From positions 37,716 to 101,715 of the forward strand of contig DATIIU010000002.1 in assembly GCA_035479335.1 (NCBI GenBank): 64,000 nucleotides of DNA, given 5' to 3'. This document shows, piece by piece, positions 63,230 through 64,000 of this stretch (the first letter of the stretch is position 1; each line of letters begins with the position of its first letter). This DNA comes from Candidatus Saccharimonadia bacterium. GTDB lineage: Bacteria > Patescibacteriota > Saccharimonadia > Saccharimonadales > UBA4665. A program made the position numbers and the translations under genes. The notes under the pieces were generated by a model. It was not told the origin of the DNA, did no database searches, and saw only the letters and a program-made list of their open reading frames with translations.

Positions 63230-63535
63230 TCAGTCGTCGTGGTTGGTGTCCTGCGCGTTGACCTGGGCGGCCAGCTGCCTACGGAGCACGTCCATGGACA
63301 GGTGGATCGGCAGGCCGATCGCGACCGCGAACATGGCGACTGCGAAGGCGAGGATGGGCATGCCGGACCAGGAGAGGCGCACCACGTAGTCCTGGAAGCC
63401 GGAGCTGGAGTTGGCGATCGAGCTGAGCCAACCAGCGGCCATGACACCATAGGTCAGGGCTACGAAGGTGACAACCAGCGCGAGTTTGGGACGGCGCACC
63501 AGGAAGGTGGCGGTGAATCTGACGAACGACAGCAT
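63230..63535 (-). CDS. high-GC small membrane protein (cassette H cargo)
   Basis: 101 aa with about 3 TM helices. GAGAGGAAA lies upstream of the ATG. GC3-rich codons. Confidence 0.55.
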   Translation of the reverse strand: MLSFVRFTATFLVRRPKLALVVTFVALTYGVMAAGWLSSIANSSSGFQDYVVRLSWSGMPILAFAVAMFAVAIGLPIHLSMDVLRRQLAAQVNAQDTNHDD

Positions 63536-63575
63536 TGCTGTTTCCTCTCGGGTTGTGAGGCGGTGCCTCGCTAAC

Positions 63576-63604
63576 GAACTTATATATTATAGTATAATGT
63601 ATAA
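63576..63604 (-). promoter_or_regulatory. consensus sigma70 promoter reading into cassette H
   Basis: Minus strand TTGACA (63604-63599), exactly 17 nt, TATAAT (63581-63576). It sits in AT-rich DNA directly abutting the GC-rich leader. Confidence 0.55.
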
Positions 63605-63668
63605 ACTCTGTCAACTTTCCCTCAGAGATAAGAGTTGAGGATATTGTCGGCTGCGAAGGTGTATTTGG

Positions 63669-63769
63669 GCATGAAAAAAGCCGCGTGGAATTGTTGATGG
63701 TGGTACAGGTAAAGCATCTAATAGGACGCTAATAACAATTGTACGTTCCAATCCGCATTTTGGCGGCTT
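63669..63769 (-). repeat. family-2 terminator module, copy B (101 nt)
   Basis: The minus strand reads AAGCCGC-N-GATGCTTTACC-N-ACGCGGCTTTTTTCATG. The ends and the central ATGCTTTACC block match copy A. Confidence 0.7.
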
Positions 63770-63770
63770 G

Positions 63771-63812
63771 CCCCAGGGGTCCAACAGTGACTTGGAGTCT
63801 TTCACCCTGGGG
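63771..63812 (-). terminator. GC-rich inverted repeat 3' of the cassette I ORF
   Basis: CCCCAGGG / CCCTGGGG with inner TCCAA/TTGGA hairpin. Confidence 0.4.
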
Positions 63813-63838
63813 ACTTCGTTTGTAGAGTGGCCGTAGTG

Positions 63839-64000
63839 CTACTCCCAGCGCCACATCAGCGCCTTCATGGCTGCCCTCTGGACCGCTTTGTACGCTTGGT
63901 AGAACATCAGCTTGGTCCGGAGCAGGCACGCGAATGCACCCACCCACAGAGCTGCGCCTACTATCAGGTAGATAGTTGCGAACAGCCAGTTCGTGAGCGT
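63839..64000 (-). CDS. 3' end of a GC-rich membrane-protein gene (cassette I cargo), 5' part outside the window
   Basis: My own translation from position 64000 in frame gives TLTNWLFATIYLIVGAALWVGAFACLLRTKLMFYQAYKAVQRAAMKALMWRWE, then a stop (TAG at 63841-63839). The track's 63729..63947 ORF is a different frame. Confidence 0.5.
   Translation of the reverse strand, partial: TLTNWLFATIYLIVGAALWVGAFACLLRTKLMFYQAYKAVQRAAMKALMWRWE

Overview
This 64-kb window comes from a small, AT-leaning genome. My hand counts of single 60-nt lines give about 42-53 % GC. The housekeeping content is compact: pyk-pgk-tpiA, pcrA, rsmA, tmRNA, a murF-like gene, leuS, rpmF-nusB, rnc, rpsP-KH-trmD and two tRNAs. There is also an LPXTG sortase substrate, an RpfB-like G5 protein, and several Nudix and HAD genes. 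This fits a reduced-genome monoderm, possibly Patescibacteria/CPR (Saccharimonadia-like), but that placement is inference only.

At least nine short blocks of much higher GC sit on this backbone (hand counts 65-73 %). They lie at about 7.6-10.2, 20.5-22.3, 22.5-23.05, 34.6-35.25, 36.8-37.7, 40.1-40.7, 41.2-41.8, 63.16-63.56 and 63.77->64.0 kb. Each block lies between backbone genes and carries one or two ORFs with GC3-rich codons. About seven of the ten ORFs encode predicted envelope proteins. Most of the ORFs are followed by their own GC-rich nested inverted repeat. Several are driven by AT-rich, backbone-type sigma70-like promoters.

Two blocks (C and D) share one architecture: promoter, then an ACAGAT... 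inverted repeat, then cargo ORF, GC-rich hairpin, the matching inverted repeat, and a hairpin beginning GCCTCAACTAAA. Two other blocks (H and I) share a different ~100-nt terminator module. No integrase or transposase is visible anywhere in the window. I consider this promoter/terminator slot architecture with foreign cargo the most interesting signal. Chimeric assembly must be excluded first.

Other notable items:
- a Fic gene bracketed by ~85-bp repeats that contain tRNA-3'-end-like remnants, next to tRNA-Glu
- a complete NlpC/P60 reading frame with no canonical start codon, absent from the ORF track
- a 1037-aa tailspike-like beta-helix protein
- a sodN-sodX nickel superoxide dismutase pair
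- a MurF-like ligase whose N-terminal domain is replaced by membrane helices
- small ORFs missed by the track, including rpmF
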